A stretch of DNA of 64,000 nucleotides from Parcubacteria group bacterium (lineage in GTDB: Bacteria; Patescibacteriota; Minisyncoccia; Phycocordibacterales; 21-14-all-47-15): contig JACOYO010000002.1 in the NCBI GenBank assembly GCA_016181845.1, positions 20,780 to 84,779 of the forward strand. Direction: 5' to 3'. Positions 10,076 through 18,341 of this stretch are shown in pieces. Made by a program: the position numbers and the translations under genes. A model generated the notes under the pieces. It was not told the DNA's origin. It made no database searches and was given only the letters and a program-made list of their open reading frames with translations. Positions within the stretch are counted from its first letter, which is position 1. Each line of letters begins with the position of its first letter.

Positions 10076-10576
10076 TTACGCTGTGGACAAAAGCTTTTTT
10101 AAGGCGGACGTTTTGCGCGAAGCAAGGTGGGTAATCCCAACGGCGATTGCGTCGTATTCGTCATCAAGCGCGGTTTTTTTTATCGGCGCTATTCTGGATA
10201 TCATAGACATCATTTGTTTTTTATCGGCGCGTCCGTATCCGGTTACCGCTATTTTTATTTGAAGTGGAGTATACTCTGAAACAGAAAGATTGTTTGCGAC
10301 GGCGAGATAGAGAATGGCGCCGCGTACCTCTGCCACCCGCATGGCGGTTTTTTGATTGCTGGTAAAAAAAAGCGTTTCAATAGCAAGCGCTTCCGGCTTG
10401 AATTTTTTAATGACCAAAATTATTTCTTCACCAATAAGCCCTAATCTTTTTTCAAAATGGTCTTTTGGAGAAGTTTTGAAACAAGCCGAGTAAAGCACGG
10501 CTGGTTGAGACGCGTCTCCTTCAAGAACGGCAATACCCAATCGTTCAAAACCCGGGTCAATGGCAAGTACTTTCAT
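10076..10576 (-). CDS. ruvC: crossover junction endodeoxyribonuclease RuvC
   Basis: MKVLAIDPGFERLGIAVLE N-terminus, catalytic D; downstream of yebC. Confidence 0.85.
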   Translation of the reverse strand: MKVLAIDPGFERLGIAVLEGDASQPAVLYSACFKTSPKDHFEKRLGLIGEEIILVIKKFKPEALAIETLFFTSNQKTAMRVAEVRGAILYLAVANNLSVSEYTPLQIKIAVTGYGRADKKQMMSMISRIAPIKKTALDDEYDAIAVGITHLASRKTSALKKLLSTA

Positions 10577-10582
10577 AAAAAA

Positions 10583-11113
10583 TTAATCGGCATTGGTAAA
10601 TACTCCCTGCACTTCATCGTTGTCCTCAAGCTCCGTTACCAGCGTGTCAAGTTTTTCCAAATCCGCGTCAGACAAATCCATCGTTTGGTTCGCTTGCCAC
10701 CCGCTCTCGGTTTTGGAAAACGCCCACGACGCGGCGCCCTGCGCCGCCAGAGACGCTCCGTTTTTTGATAAGAGATGCTTAATTTCCGCCGCCGCTTTGT
10801 TGCGGTTGTCGGTAAGCACTTCAATAATCATCGCCGCGCCGCCGGGTCCGTACGCCTCATAAAAAAGAGTTTCCATTGCGGCCTGGTCGGCTCCAGCCCC
10901 CTTTTTTATCGCGCGGTCAATGTTGTCGGACGGCATATTTTCTTTCCGCGCTTTTTCAATAGCCGCGCGAAGCGCTGGGGCGTTTACATTGCCACCCGCT
11001 TTTTTAGATAGAACGGCAATCAGACTGGCGAGTTTACCGAACACTTTGCTTTTGTGCGCGTCTCCCGCCTCTTTTTTCCTTTTAATTTTTGACCATTTGT
11101 TGTGTCCGGACAT
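10583..11113 (-). CDS. yebC: YebC/PmpR family DNA-binding transcriptional regulator
   Basis: MSGHNKWSKIKRKK N-terminus, typical YebC. Confidence 0.85.
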   Translation of the reverse strand: MSGHNKWSKIKRKKEAGDAHKSKVFGKLASLIAVLSKKAGGNVNAPALRAAIEKARKENMPSDNIDRAIKKGAGADQAAMETLFYEAYGPGGAAMIIEVLTDNRNKAAAEIKHLLSKNGASLAAQGAASWAFSKTESGWQANQTMDLSDADLEKLDTLVTELEDNDEVQGVFTNAD

Positions 11114-11193
11114 ACATTAATATTAATTAACATCTTTTCCGACTAGTTTGTCAATGGTGACACAAAGATTATCTAAAGGTAAACTTTGTATAT

Positions 11194-11439
11194 ATGACCG
11201 CAAAAAACACCACAACCATTATAGGACTTAAAGAATTACGAGAAAATACCGAAAAGTATATTTCTCAAATAAAAAAGGGAAAATCGTTTACGGTTTTGCG
11301 TCGCTCTCATCCGGTTTTTCAAATTATGCCGCCTGAAGATGGCGGGGAATGGGAAACTTTTGTTGATTTTACGCTATTTGAAGACAACGGCATTTCCGCG
11401 AAAGAATTATTGTTGCGATTAAAAAAGCTTCATGGATAA
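11194..11439 (+). CDS. Phd/YefM-type antitoxin
   Basis: 81 aa; overlaps the next ORF by 8 nt; N-terminal Phd-like pattern. Confidence 0.55.
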   Translation: MTAKNTTTIIGLKELRENTEKYISQIKKGKSFTVLRRSHPVFQIMPPEDGGEWETFVDFTLFEDNGISAKELLLRLKKLHG

Positions 11440-11671
11440 ACTTGATAAGTTTTTGAAGAAGTTGTCCGAAAAAAAACGAGAAGAAATAGAGCGGCTTGTT
11501 ATGGACATTATCAACAATCGTTTTGACGGACTAGACTGCAAGAAATTAAAAGGAGCACGTGATATTTTTCGCGTGCGAAAAGGCGATATTCGTATTCTTT
11601 TTAAAAAAACAGAAAGAGAGATTTTAATTCTTTCTATTGAAAGAAGAAACGATAACTCATATCGGTTGTAA
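11432..11671 (+). CDS. RelE/ParE-family toxin
   Basis: 79 aa; ...RVRKGDIRILFKK...ILILSIERRNDNSY resembles RelE/ParE C-terminal pattern; overlaps the antitoxin. Confidence 0.5.
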   Translation: MDKLDKFLKKLSEKKREEIERLVMDIINNRFDGLDCKKLKGARDIFRVRKGDIRILFKKTEREILILSIERRNDNSYRL

Positions 11672-11710
11672 ACGAAAAAGAAAAACCCGGCCAATTGGTC
11701 GGGAGATTTT

Positions 11711-12724
11711 TTATAAAAGTTTTTCCTGTCGCTCGCTTGGGAGGTCGTATCCCAAATGTTCATACGCTTTGTTGGTGGCGACACGGCCTTGGCGCGTGCG
11801 CTCCAATAATCCGATTTGCATGAGATACGGTTCGTTCACTTCCTCTATGGTCGCTTCGTCTTCCTGAAGCGCTGTTGCGATGGTGTTTAACCCGACCGGA
11901 CCGCCGTGGAATATGCCGACAATGATATCAAGAATTTTTCTGTCGGTCGCGGTGAGTCCCAACTCGTCTATTTCCAAAAGAGAGAGAGCTTTGCGGACTG
12001 AATCCAAAGAAAGAGCCGTTTTGTTTACCTGCGCGAAATCGCGGCACCGTTTGAGGAGGTAATTTGCGGTGCGCGGAGTAAAACGGCTTCTTTTTGAAAT
12101 TTCTTCAATGGCAGATTGTTCGGTGTCTACGCCGAGGAGCGAAGACGACCGAGCGATAATTTTTGCAATGTCTTCTTCCGAATAAAAATCAAGACGAAAT
12201 GTGCCGCCGGAAAAGCGCGAGCGGAGCGGGGAAGAAAGAAGGGCGATGCGGGTCGTCGCCGCAATCAGAGTAAAGGCGGGAAGCTCAAGCTGGATAGTGC
12301 GCGCCGAAGGGCCTTTGCCGATAATGATATCAAGCACACCTGATTCCATCGCGGGGTAGAGTACCTCCTCTATAGTTTTGTTGAGACGGTGAATTTCGTC
12401 AATAAAAAGAATATCGCCGGAAGAAAGGTTGGTGAGGATTGACGCCAGGTCGCCCACTTTCTCAATAGCGGGTCCCGATGTCGTCTTCATCTGCACACCC
12501 GTCTCCTTTGCGATGAGGTGGGCTAGCGTCGTCTTACCTAAACCTGGAGGACCATAAAAAAGGAGGTGTTCCGGAGGGTGTTTCCGCTCCGAAGCCGCCT
12601 TAAGAAGGATGTGCAGATTTTGTTTTATGTGCTGTTGCCCGATATATTCACCCCACGTCAAAGGACGGAGGGTCTGGTCTAAAAAAGACAGATTTTCAGG
12701 TGGTGGTTGTTTTGGAGTTGACAT
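11711..12724 (-). CDS. ruvB: Holliday junction branch migration helicase RuvB
   Basis: GPPGLGKTTLA Walker A; RuvB N/C-domain pattern. Confidence 0.9.
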   Translation of the reverse strand: MSTPKQPPPENLSFLDQTLRPLTWGEYIGQQHIKQNLHILLKAASERKHPPEHLLFYGPPGLGKTTLAHLIAKETGVQMKTTSGPAIEKVGDLASILTNLSSGDILFIDEIHRLNKTIEEVLYPAMESGVLDIIIGKGPSARTIQLELPAFTLIAATTRIALLSSPLRSRFSGGTFRLDFYSEEDIAKIIARSSSLLGVDTEQSAIEEISKRSRFTPRTANYLLKRCRDFAQVNKTALSLDSVRKALSLLEIDELGLTATDRKILDIIVGIFHGGPVGLNTIATALQEDEATIEEVNEPYLMQIGLLERTRQGRVATNKAYEHLGYDLPSERQEKLL

Positions 12725-12812
12725 AAATTATTAAATATGCTATATTCAAATCAACGCTTTGAAAAACACAAAAAGAGAGCGTCGTTAAAATGATTTCCTG
12801 CTCACCAATCCT

Positions 12813-12972
12813 CTAAGCAATGTCGGCGTTTTTTCGAGGACGTTGTGGTGTCCTGCACTTTTTATTGGTCTCCGTGACGAATGAAAAGTGCAGGGGCCGC
12901 GACAACTATCCTTAGAAAAAATGCTCAGCTTTTGATGCCATATTAAAAGTAATTGCTTAGAGGGTTGGTGTT
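12813..12972. repeat. ~160-bp element bounded by 18-bp inverted repeats (CACCAATCCTCTAAGCAAT / ATTGCTTAGAGGGTTGGTG) with an inner 11-bp stem; MITE-like or structured ncRNA
   Basis: Inverted repeats read directly; no credible ORF (track ORF 12785..13033 looks spurious). Confidence 0.4.
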
Positions 12973-13036
12973 CGGGAACTTTAATTCCAAAAATCGCCGT
13001 AACTGGCGGTTTTTGTTTTTTTGAAAAGAACAAACT

Positions 13037-14767
13037 TTATTCTTGCGCGTTCACATCAACCACGCGCGCCAATTCATCAAGGGAAGTGATACCCGACAGC
13101 ACTTTCATAATTCCGTCCTGTAACATGTCAAAAATTCCCTGTCCTGCCGCCGCCTTTTTTATCTCCCGCGCGCTGACATGTTCGCTTATCGCTTTTTCAA
13201 CCGACGCGTCAAAAATGATCCCCTCAAACACGCCAATGCGCCCTTTATAGCCGGTGTTGTTGCACGCGACGCACCCGACGGCTGTCCATATTTTTTCTGC
13301 AGTTTCCGTATGTTCTCGTTTAATCGTTTTTAACACGCGTTCAATCAGCATTTTTTCTTTCGGTGTCGGAACAGATTCTTTTTTGCATTCGGGACAGAGT
13401 TTTCGTACGAGACGCTGTGCAAGGAAAATGTTGATTGCAGAACTCAATACTTTTGGTTCAGCGCCCAAGTCTATGAGCCGAGGAATAGTGCCCGCCGCGT
13501 CATTTGTGTGCAATGTTGAAAATACGAGGTGTCCGGTAAGCGCGGCGTTTATGGCGGTGCGCGCCGTTTCGCCGTCGCGGATTTCTCCCACCATAATAAC
13601 GTCGGGATCCTGACGCAACGCCGAAACAAGTCCTTTCAAAAAATCATATCCCGCTTCCGGGTCGGTCTGTGTCTGGGTTACTCCTTTGAGATGATATTCA
13701 ATCGGGTCTTCAATGGTGATGATTTTTATATCGGTGCTGTAGATTTTTCTCAAAAAAGCATAGAGAGTGGTCGTCTTGCCGGAACCGGTGGGACCTGTAA
13801 CGAGCACCATACCGTTTGGTTTTTGTATCTCTTTTTCAATAACCGAAAACAAAAACGGCTCAATGCCCAACTCTCCCAAAGGAACCGATATTTCTTTTGG
13901 ATTCAAAATACGCATGACCACCGATTCGCCGTATGAGCCGGGCAGGGTGGATGTTCTGATTTCAATCTCGGTGTCTTCCACGGCAACACTGAAGCGCCCG
14001 TCTTGCGCGGTGTCTTTGATGTTTAGTTTTAATCCGGAAATGAGTTTGACGCGCGATAAGAGGAGCTGATAAACCGAGTTTGTAAAAAAAACAATGTCAT
14101 GAAGAACCCCGTCAAGACGAAATCGCAAGCGTATGGTGTTTTCCTGCGGTTCAATGTGCACGTCAGACGCGCCGACGGCGAATCCGCCCGCAAGAATGAC
14201 CTCAAAAATATGCGAGGTGCTTTGGCGCTCTTTGGATTGGAGCATTTCATCAACAAGACTTTTAATGTCGTTTGTGGTGCGCACGCGCTTCATAAACTCC
14301 GACAACTCTTCTGATGAAATATCTAAAACACCGGCTTTTGTTTCTTGGGCACGGGACACTTCCGAATATCGCTCCCAGGCGCGCAGAAGACTTTTTTTTG
14401 ATGCCAGATAGAGAATAGGAACATACCCCTTTTCTTTCAAATCAGAGAGGGCGGATTTTGCCGCCGTGTTTTCCGGAGTAAAAACAGCAAGGTGCACTTT
14501 ATTGCCTACTAATTTGAACGGAGCAATAAATGCTTGGCGCGCGGTTGCTTCTTCAATAAGACGGAGCGCGTCGGTGTTGATTGATATGCCGATAAGGTTG
14601 ATATACGGAAACCCGTATTTTTGAGAAAGAAGCATCGCAAGGTCTTCCGCTTCTTTTTCAAGAAGGACCTCAACTTTTTTTTCTTGTTTTTCTTCGTTAA
14701 ATTTTGGCATGATGCGGGGCTGTGCTTCCTTTTGTTTCCATACTACCTTTTTTGTTTTCAAACACAA
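13037..14767 (-). CDS. pilB: type IV pilus / T2SS assembly ATPase PilB/GspE (alternative start near 14710)
   Basis: GPTGSGKTTTL Walker A, GEIRD, tetra-Cys CPEC...C..C, T2SSE_N-like N-terminus. Confidence 0.85.
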   Translation of the reverse strand: MCLKTKKVVWKQKEAQPRIMPKFNEEKQEKKVEVLLEKEAEDLAMLLSQKYGFPYINLIGISINTDALRLIEEATARQAFIAPFKLVGNKVHLAVFTPENTAAKSALSDLKEKGYVPILYLASKKSLLRAWERYSEVSRAQETKAGVLDISSEELSEFMKRVRTTNDIKSLVDEMLQSKERQSTSHIFEVILAGGFAVGASDVHIEPQENTIRLRFRLDGVLHDIVFFTNSVYQLLLSRVKLISGLKLNIKDTAQDGRFSVAVEDTEIEIRTSTLPGSYGESVVMRILNPKEISVPLGELGIEPFLFSVIEKEIQKPNGMVLVTGPTGSGKTTTLYAFLRKIYSTDIKIITIEDPIEYHLKGVTQTQTDPEAGYDFLKGLVSALRQDPDVIMVGEIRDGETARTAINAALTGHLVFSTLHTNDAAGTIPRLIDLGAEPKVLSSAINIFLAQRLVRKLCPECKKESVPTPKEKMLIERVLKTIKREHTETAEKIWTAVGCVACNNTGYKGRIGVFEGIIFDASVEKAISEHVSAREIKKAAAGQGIFDMLQDGIMKVLSGITSLDELARVVDVNAQE

Positions 14768-14805
14768 TCTGGCGGCAGTGGATATTTCGTGGGGTAATCG
14801 GAAAA

Positions 14806-14834
14806 TTTGACAAAAAATGTTGAAGGTGGTAGAA
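14806..14834 (+). promoter_or_regulatory. sigma70-type promoter TTGACA-17-TAGAAT for the lipoprotein gene
   Basis: TTGACAAAAAATGTTGAAGGTGGTAGAAT read directly. Confidence 0.55.
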
Positions 14835-14875
14835 TAGGTGCAGAAAATTATTGAGAAATTAACCCATATTACTAT

Positions 14876-14914
14876 GAATCACGAAACTCTTCTTCATCAT
14901 GAGTTTCGTAATTC
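14876..14914. repeat. family-C palindrome (GAATCACGAAACTC-TTCTTCATCAT-GAGTTTCGTAATTC) in the 5' UTR of the lipoprotein gene
   Basis: Imperfect 14-bp arms; same arms at 27445, 15549/15672 and 54661/54791. Confidence 0.7.
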
Positions 14915-14950
14915 AAGGCATATTACATAAACCGAAAGGATGGGGAAAAA

Positions 14951-15409
14951 ATGAAAAAAATGACATTTGCAGCGGTTCTTTTTATTGTTGCGGTTTTGTT
15001 TTCAGGATGTTCCTCCTTTCAGCACATCAAAGGAATGAACATCCACATGGGAGTAAACGGCGGCGGGTTCACCGTCCCCATTGGAGATGGATGGGAGTAC
15101 GATACCATCCTTAACATTTCCAATGGGGTGCCCGACACGATGATGGATGTGTTGCAAGACGGGAAACTTGTTGCAACACTTCGTTCAGGAGGAGTTGTGT
15201 CGGTTCGCCTAGGGTCATGGAGATGTTATGGCGGGTATTACTATAATCCATCATGGCAGAGCATTCCCCCGGAACAGTCGTTGCATGTCAGTGTGTATAA
15301 AACCGGAGATTACGAGTCTAAGCAACTCTGGTTTGCCGCAGACAGAAAATTTCGATTGCATGATTGCAACAGGGGAATCCGCCAGTCGGAAGACTGGACG
15401 GTAAAGTAG
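14951..15409 (+). CDS. lipoprotein, hypothetical
   Basis: Signal peptide with lipobox LFSGC. Confidence 0.6.
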   Translation: MKKMTFAAVLFIVAVLFSGCSSFQHIKGMNIHMGVNGGGFTVPIGDGWEYDTILNISNGVPDTMMDVLQDGKLVATLRSGGVVSVRLGSWRCYGGYYYNPSWQSIPPEQSLHVSVYKTGDYESKQLWFAADRKFRLHDCNRGIRQSEDWTVK

Positions 15410-15563
15410 ATTTTCGTAATTAACAGTAGATTTATACATACGGTCGTTCAAGGAAGAATAACCGTATGTATTTCTTTTCAAGTTTGGTATACCTTTGCGA
15501 TAAATGGATAGCGGATTTGAAAAGGAACATAAGGATAAAATTATCGTGAATTACGAAACGTAA

Positions 15564-15665
15564 AGACGTCCGACTTCTGAAGTGGTAAAACATAGGCATT
15601 CGCCACAAATAAAGTAATTACCACGTCAGAAGTCGGACGTCTTACACATCAGAGGTCGGACGTCT
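15564..15665 (+). repeat. family-A element copy 2 (full hairpin 15564-15642 plus an extra half-site 15646-15665), nested between family-C arms at 15549-15561 and 15672-15684
   Basis: Direct sequence comparison with copies 3-5. Confidence 0.85.
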
Positions 15666-15701
15666 CGTCGGCGTTTCGTAATTTACGAAAAACAAACAAT
15701 C

Positions 15702-17774
15702 ATGTTTAGTGTAATAACAAAAAAATATATCTATTATATCGCCTTGGTTGTAGCGATGATTTTTGTTGCCGTTCCTTTTGGAGCATTCGCCGCCACGGAA
15801 CCGTCGTCTCCAGATGTGAAATTGGTAACGGTGCAATTTTCCATTGACTCAAGTCGTCTTGTTTCTTCGGGATCGCAGATGACATCTGTAACCGGCAACA
15901 ACACAGAGACGATTCAAAACACAAACGGTTTGCATACCGCGCAAATCGAAATTCCAAAAGAAAGCAACCTTTTTAGCATTCATGTGAAATGGTCTTGGGA
16001 GGATAGCGGCAACACCGGCACCAATGACGTCATTGGCGTGTATGATATCGCGCAAAATCGTTTTACCAACTACATGGGAAACGGAGGCGGACCAAATGGA
16101 TATGTTGATTCGTTTAGAGCCGTATCCTATCCGAAAAGTATTCACACAGGAAAAGATGACGGCGGCTCGGGCGGCCCAGACCCGTATCAGGGAAACCTTT
16201 CTTCCCACTATTTTCATCTCACCGTATTAGATGTCAGCGTAACTCAATTTGCGACACCAGCACCGAGCGCTCCGCCTCAAACACAATCACCGTCGCAAGC
16301 GCCGCCATCTTCAAGCGCGTCAAGCGCCCAGACATCAAACCCCGCAATCATCGCATTGCTGGTCACCGACCCTGTTTCAAACATCACAGAGACAAAAGCG
16401 CTTCTCAACGGCCACCTGACGGTTACGGGAGATACGCCTGTTGAAATGTGGTTTGAGTGGGGTGTGGGAGTATTTGACCACACAACTTCTATTCGCACGA
16501 TACAAAACAGCGGACGAAGCGTGAGCGAATCAATATATGGTCTTGCTCCAAACACGCAATACATAGCGCGGTTGGCGGCACGGACACCTTCCGCCACAGT
16601 GTATGGAGACGCGGTTTTATTTGTTACCCAACCCACTCCTTCAAATCGTGCGTCGGTGAGCACTTATACGCCGCAAAATATTGACGGAGACGGAGCTCTC
16701 ATGCGCGGGTATGTGAATCCGCGCGGGAGTACTGATACCGTTGCCTGGTTTGAATGGGGAAAAACAATTCCGTTTACCAACACCACCCCTTCCATGACGC
16801 TTGGCGGTGATTCCGGAACGGTGAGTTTTCCGCTCAATTCGCTTGAGGAAAACACACGGTACTACTACCGGATTGTCGCCGTCAATTCTGCCGGAATGTC
16901 TTACGGAAGTACTGTTGATTTCAAAACAGGAGCGGTAAAAGAGTCGGTTTCGCGCGGGGCTCCTTCAGTGACCACCATTAACGCGGAACAAGAAGGAGGC
17001 GGATATATTGTCGTGTTGAAAGGATACGTAGATACAAAAAATGTTCAAACGCGTACATGGTTTGAATACGGAAAAACAACCTCTCTCGGGAGAACGACCT
17101 CAAGAAGCGACCCGCGGAAAGAATCTGGTAGTTTCAGCGAAACGCTCTCCGGACTTGAACAAGGTGTCGTGCATTACTACCGCGCGGTTGCGTCAAACGA
17201 CAATGGCGTTGCATACGGAAATGTATTGAGTGTCACCCCCGGCGGAAACACACAAGTATCTGCAGTATTTACTGCGGCAGATACAATATACGCGGTCACT
17301 GACAGAGCGGAATCAGTCAATGAACAAAGCGCTTTGGTGCGCGGCAGTATTTTATCCGCGGACAACCGCGCGGTTTCGCAAGGATGGTTTGAATACGGAG
17401 AGACGGAAGCGCTTGGCAGAGAGACGCCGATAAAAAATGTGGGTCTGGTAAGCGTGGCCGGCGTGTCGGAGAGTTTGTTTAACCTTGCTCCTGAAACAAC
17501 ATACTATTACCGTTTTGTTGCCAAGCAAAAGGAAGTTGTTTCGCGCGGGGCGATACAAACATTTACCACAAGCGTTCCGGAGAGATTGATTGTTTCTCGC
17601 GCGGCGCCGCAGACGGCACAGCCGCCAAAGATATCTAATGGCGGTAGCGGGCTTGCCGCCGCGGTTTTTCTCGGCGACTTCGCGGCGTTTATGCCGGTGA
17701 CTTTCATTGAATGGTTTCTAGTGTTTCTACTCGTGTTAAGTTTTGTCGTTGCGTGGAGGCAAAAATATATATAA
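15702..17774 (+). CDS. cell-surface protein: signal peptide, P/S/A-rich linker, four ~100-aa Fn3-like tandem repeats, C-terminal TM anchor
   Basis: Repeats each carry WFE[WY]G...Y[YI].R..A.N..G motifs; hydrophobic N- and C-termini. Confidence 0.7.
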   Translation: MFSVITKKYIYYIALVVAMIFVAVPFGAFAATEPSSPDVKLVTVQFSIDSSRLVSSGSQMTSVTGNNTETIQNTNGLHTAQIEIPKESNLFSIHVKWSWEDSGNTGTNDVIGVYDIAQNRFTNYMGNGGGPNGYVDSFRAVSYPKSIHTGKDDGGSGGPDPYQGNLSSHYFHLTVLDVSVTQFATPAPSAPPQTQSPSQAPPSSSASSAQTSNPAIIALLVTDPVSNITETKALLNGHLTVTGDTPVEMWFEWGVGVFDHTTSIRTIQNSGRSVSESIYGLAPNTQYIARLAARTPSATVYGDAVLFVTQPTPSNRASVSTYTPQNIDGDGALMRGYVNPRGSTDTVAWFEWGKTIPFTNTTPSMTLGGDSGTVSFPLNSLEENTRYYYRIVAVNSAGMSYGSTVDFKTGAVKESVSRGAPSVTTINAEQEGGGYIVVLKGYVDTKNVQTRTWFEYGKTTSLGRTTSRSDPRKESGSFSETLSGLEQGVVHYYRAVASNDNGVAYGNVLSVTPGGNTQVSAVFTAADTIYAVTDRAESVNEQSALVRGSILSADNRAVSQGWFEYGETEALGRETPIKNVGLVSVAGVSESLFNLAPETTYYYRFVAKQKEVVSRGAIQTFTTSVPERLIVSRAAPQTAQPPKISNGGSGLAAAVFLGDFAAFMPVTFIEWFLVFLLVLSFVVAWRQKYI
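16344..17600 (+). repeat. intragenic tandem protein repeats (4 x ~100 aa, Fn3-like) within the surface protein
   Basis: Repeated WFEWG/WFEYG...YYYR...G..YG blocks in the translation. Confidence 0.6.
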
Positions 17775-17976
17775 CAAAGAAACAAAGAGCAGCCCTTTGT
17801 TGGGGGATAACTTTTTGGGGACTTAGTTCCCAAGAATATATAGAAAGATGTCTTACAAAAGATGGCGCTTTCTTTCGATATATCGAAAGGAACGAAGTAT
17901 GGTTAGCCCTTTGTAGATGGTATGCCAGTATACTGGCATAGTCTTTGTCACTTAGTGGCTCAACTACTAAGTTGAT

Positions 17977-18078
17977 AGACGTCCGACCTCTGCCGTGGTA
18001 AAACATCGGCATTGGCCACAAATAAAGTAATTACCACATCAGAGGTCGGACGTCCCACACAGCAGAAGTCGGACGTCT
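17977..18078 (+). repeat. family-A element copy 3 (17977-18054) plus half-site (18063-18078), then GTTTCGCAATTCAAAGTAT motif
   Basis: Direct comparison. Confidence 0.85.
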
Positions 18079-18155
18079 TCGCGTTTCGCAATTCAAAGTA
18101 TAACAATAAAAAAACCGCCCCTTACGGCCGGTTTTTTGTTGCGTCGCGACTCATT

Positions 18156-18326
18156 CTAACGGTCAATTTTGGGCGGGCGAAATCCAAACAGAGAAATAAT
18201 AACGGTACCGACAAGAGCCATGAAAAGAATACGGTTTATATCAAGGCCGGATTGGTTCAGGATAATATAGGTCGTGGTAACCCAGATAACGATGATGGAA
18301 AGCGCTGTCCATGGGTATTTAAGCAT
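18156..18326 (-). CDS. 56-aa small membrane protein (not in ORF track), paralogous to 20004..20159
   Basis: Manual translation MLKYPWTALSIIVIWVTTTYIILNQSGLDINRILFMALVGTVIISLFGFRPPKIDR; two hydrophobic segments. Confidence 0.55.
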   Translation of the reverse strand: MLKYPWTALSIIVIWVTTTYIILNQSGLDINRILFMALVGTVIISLFGFRPPKIDR

Positions 18327-18341
18327 ATACTTTATAATATA

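Noticed and set aside
12785-13033. 82-aa ORF between ruvB and pilB
   Set aside because: It overlaps the inverted-repeat-bounded element, has no motif, and its composition is atypical; the non-coding element interpretation is preferred.
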